Sequence record: MT682711.1
Source of the DNA: Escherichia phage vB_EcoM_FB
Strand: one strand, 5' to 3'
DNA: 64,000 nucleotides
In this document: positions 62,352 through 64,000 of the stretch, piece after piece
How the letters are laid out: the number at the start of each line of letters is the position of its first letter
Position numbering within the stretch: the stretch's first letter is position 1
Program-made: the position numbers and the translations under genes
Notes under the pieces: generated by a model
Database searches by the model: none
Told to the model about the DNA's origin: nothing
The model's input: the letters and a program-made list of their open reading frames with translations, nothing else

Positions 62352-64000
62352 TTACCCTTGGATGAATTTTTCTGGGATGTCATAGAGGTCTATGCATGAA
62401 GCCAAAAGAGGCAGTACATCAAACCGTGTAGATTTAACAAATGAATCAAAAGATACGGGGCTTTCGGAAGTATCGAAGTCATCTTGATATACGACCAACT
62501 CGCCGGTTTCCATTAGTACGTCACCATCATATACCACAGATTCTTGAAGCTCATCTGTTGTCATAACTTCAGCTTGGATGAGTTTTGTATTACTAGATGT
62601 TGTTCCATCATTATTAGAAGCATCTGTTATTTTATTAACTTTGACCATTAATCCACGCGGTAGAATAACTTCGGCTTCAGTTGCTATTCCGAGATTTCCT
62701 GGATATACGACATTAACTTTATGAGCCCCATCAATGGCCCATCCTATTTGAACCTTAACGTAATCGGGATTTTCCTTATACGCTCTTATTTCATTAGGAT
62801 TAATAGTTATTCCTTCTTCATTTTTATCAACTGTCAATTCGTTGCGAACTTCCGGTTCTAAAAGACCAATACCAGCGTGCGTAACACCAAAACGTCCGAA
62901 AATTATAGGAGTTAAAGAAGTAGATACAAAATTTCTAAAATAAAACACTTTATTTTTAACTAGTGCTTCGTATATAGGAGCAGTCATACTCTGGGCACGA
63001 TAAACTGTAATGCCTTCCGGTATACGGTCACCATTTTCAAAAGCTGAATCTAAATTATTTACAGCGGATTCGATATCTTTTTCGCTCATAACCTCATAGT
63101 TCTGAGGATTATAACGTCCTAAAAGAAGATTATTTATGTCTGTATATCCTGAACCACAATATTCTCTGATGCCGCGCTTTTGTGATGGGGTATATTTAGA
63201 GCCCTCACGAGCAATAGTAATATCGACCATAATACCACCACCTACACCAGCAAAACTATACACACGTTTTTTAATGAACTTAGTCTTGGCTGCTTTCCAC
63301 TTGGACTCGGTTAATTCATTCCAGACGTCGTCAGGTTGGCCTTTACGAGTTCTGTTATGGATAGCCAGCCACTCGCCTTTATATTCTTCGAAAATGGTAT
63401 TAATGGTAGAGGCATATTTTTCCAGGGCTTTAACAGATGTCAAAGGTTCATTTTTGATAGCTGTAAGAATTTTCTCTTTAATTTTCTCTTGGATTTCACC
63501 AATACCGTGAAGTGGGAACAATTTATAGTCGTAATGCAATTCTTCAGCAGTGCCTTCAGCTACTATATTAGCAACCTTATTTTTAGCCGCAGGAGAATTG
63601 TTATTAGTGACCATTTCCTGGGCCTCAGGGATTAATGGAACTGTTGCCGGTTTATTAAAATCTACTGCAGTAGCTTCATATTTCTTAAACAGCTCACTTT
63701 CATTACGATAAGATTCTAACGATTGACTTGCCGCAATAGCACGTCGAGAAATCTTAGTCTTGGTTATAACCATTTTATCAGTGCGACGTTCTTCAACCTT
63801 AGCAATACTACCGGCGATAGCAGTTTCTTTAGTAACCTGCACGCCTTCTTTTTTAGAAATATAAACTTCACCGACATCAGAATCTACCTTAGTATACAAT
63901 TCAGCATTAATTCCAGGCATACCTTTGATATCTTCTATATCAGCTTGTTTACGAACTACCAGGATGTAAGTATGTTTACCGGTAAATTGGTACATAGCCG
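62352..64000 (-). CDS. second Alt-like ADP-ribosyltransferase paralog, partial
   Basis: collinear with alt from its MYQFTGKHTY block to the C-terminus, same ART motifs; N-terminus lies beyond the window end. Confidence 0.8.
   Translation of the reverse strand, partial: AMYQFTGKHTYILVVRKQADIEDIKGMPGINAELYTKVDSDVGEVYISKKEGVQVTKETAIAGSIAKVEERRTDKMVITKTKISRRAIAASQSLESYRNESELFKKYEATAVDFNKPATVPLIPEAQEMVTNNNSPAAKNKVANIVAEGTAEELHYDYKLFPLHGIGEIQEKIKEKILTAIKNEPLTSVKALEKYASTINTIFEEYKGEWLAIHNRTRKGQPDDVWNELTESKWKAAKTKFIKKRVYSFAGVGGGIMVDITIAREGSKYTPSQKRGIREYCGSGYTDINNLLLGRYNPQNYEVMSEKDIESAVNNLDSAFENGDRIPEGITVYRAQSMTAPIYEALVKNKVFYFRNFVSTSLTPIIFGRFGVTHAGIGLLEPEVRNELTVDKNEEGITINPNEIRAYKENPDYVKVQIGWAIDGAHKVNVVYPGNLGIATEAEVILPRGLMVKVNKITDASNNDGTTSSNTKLIQAEVMTTDELQESVVYDGDVLMETGELVVYQDDFDTSESPVSFDSFVKSTRFDVLPLLASCIDLYDIPEKFIQG

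Overview
This window reads as a contiguous segment of a T4-like (T-even / Tequatrovirus-like) myovirus genome. The major capsid, tail sheath, tail tube and gp7/gp8/gp15/uvsY/uvsW products closely resemble T4 proteins as I recall them, and gene order is T4-syntenic. All calls are from reading the sequence and memory of T4; no searches were run. Layout: (i) 1-12.1 kb, minus strand: a compact early region of small hypothetical genes driven by T4-type early promoters, a tRNA cluster (tRNA-Arg, tRNA-Ile/Met(CAT), a tRNA-like element, a frameshifted GIY-YIG gene), an ipI-like internal protein, then 57B-57A-1-3-2-4. (ii) 12.1-46.5 kb, plus strand: late morphogenesis block 53-5-6-7-8-9-10-11-12-wac-13-14-15-16-17-18-19-20-67-68-21-22-23-24, interrupted by two homing endonucleases, a 687-aa novel ORF between gp5 and gp6, and a second gp24 paralog. 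(iii) rnlB-hoc-inh (minus), uvsW/uvsW.1 (plus), a GIY-YIG-like gene-uvsY-25-26 (minus), 51-27-28-29-48-54 (plus), then two tandem Alt ADP-ribosyltransferase paralogs (minus; the second runs off the window). Best candidates for undescribed biology: the 687-aa ORF replacing the gp5.x/spike-tip genes, a tandem array of four small acidic paralogs sharing a C-terminal W-x-SS-x-x-C motif, the ipI-locus internal protein, and the hairpin-embedded early-promoter cassettes. Several ORF-track starts are GTG/TTG extensions and were moved to the ATG with a ribosome-binding site.
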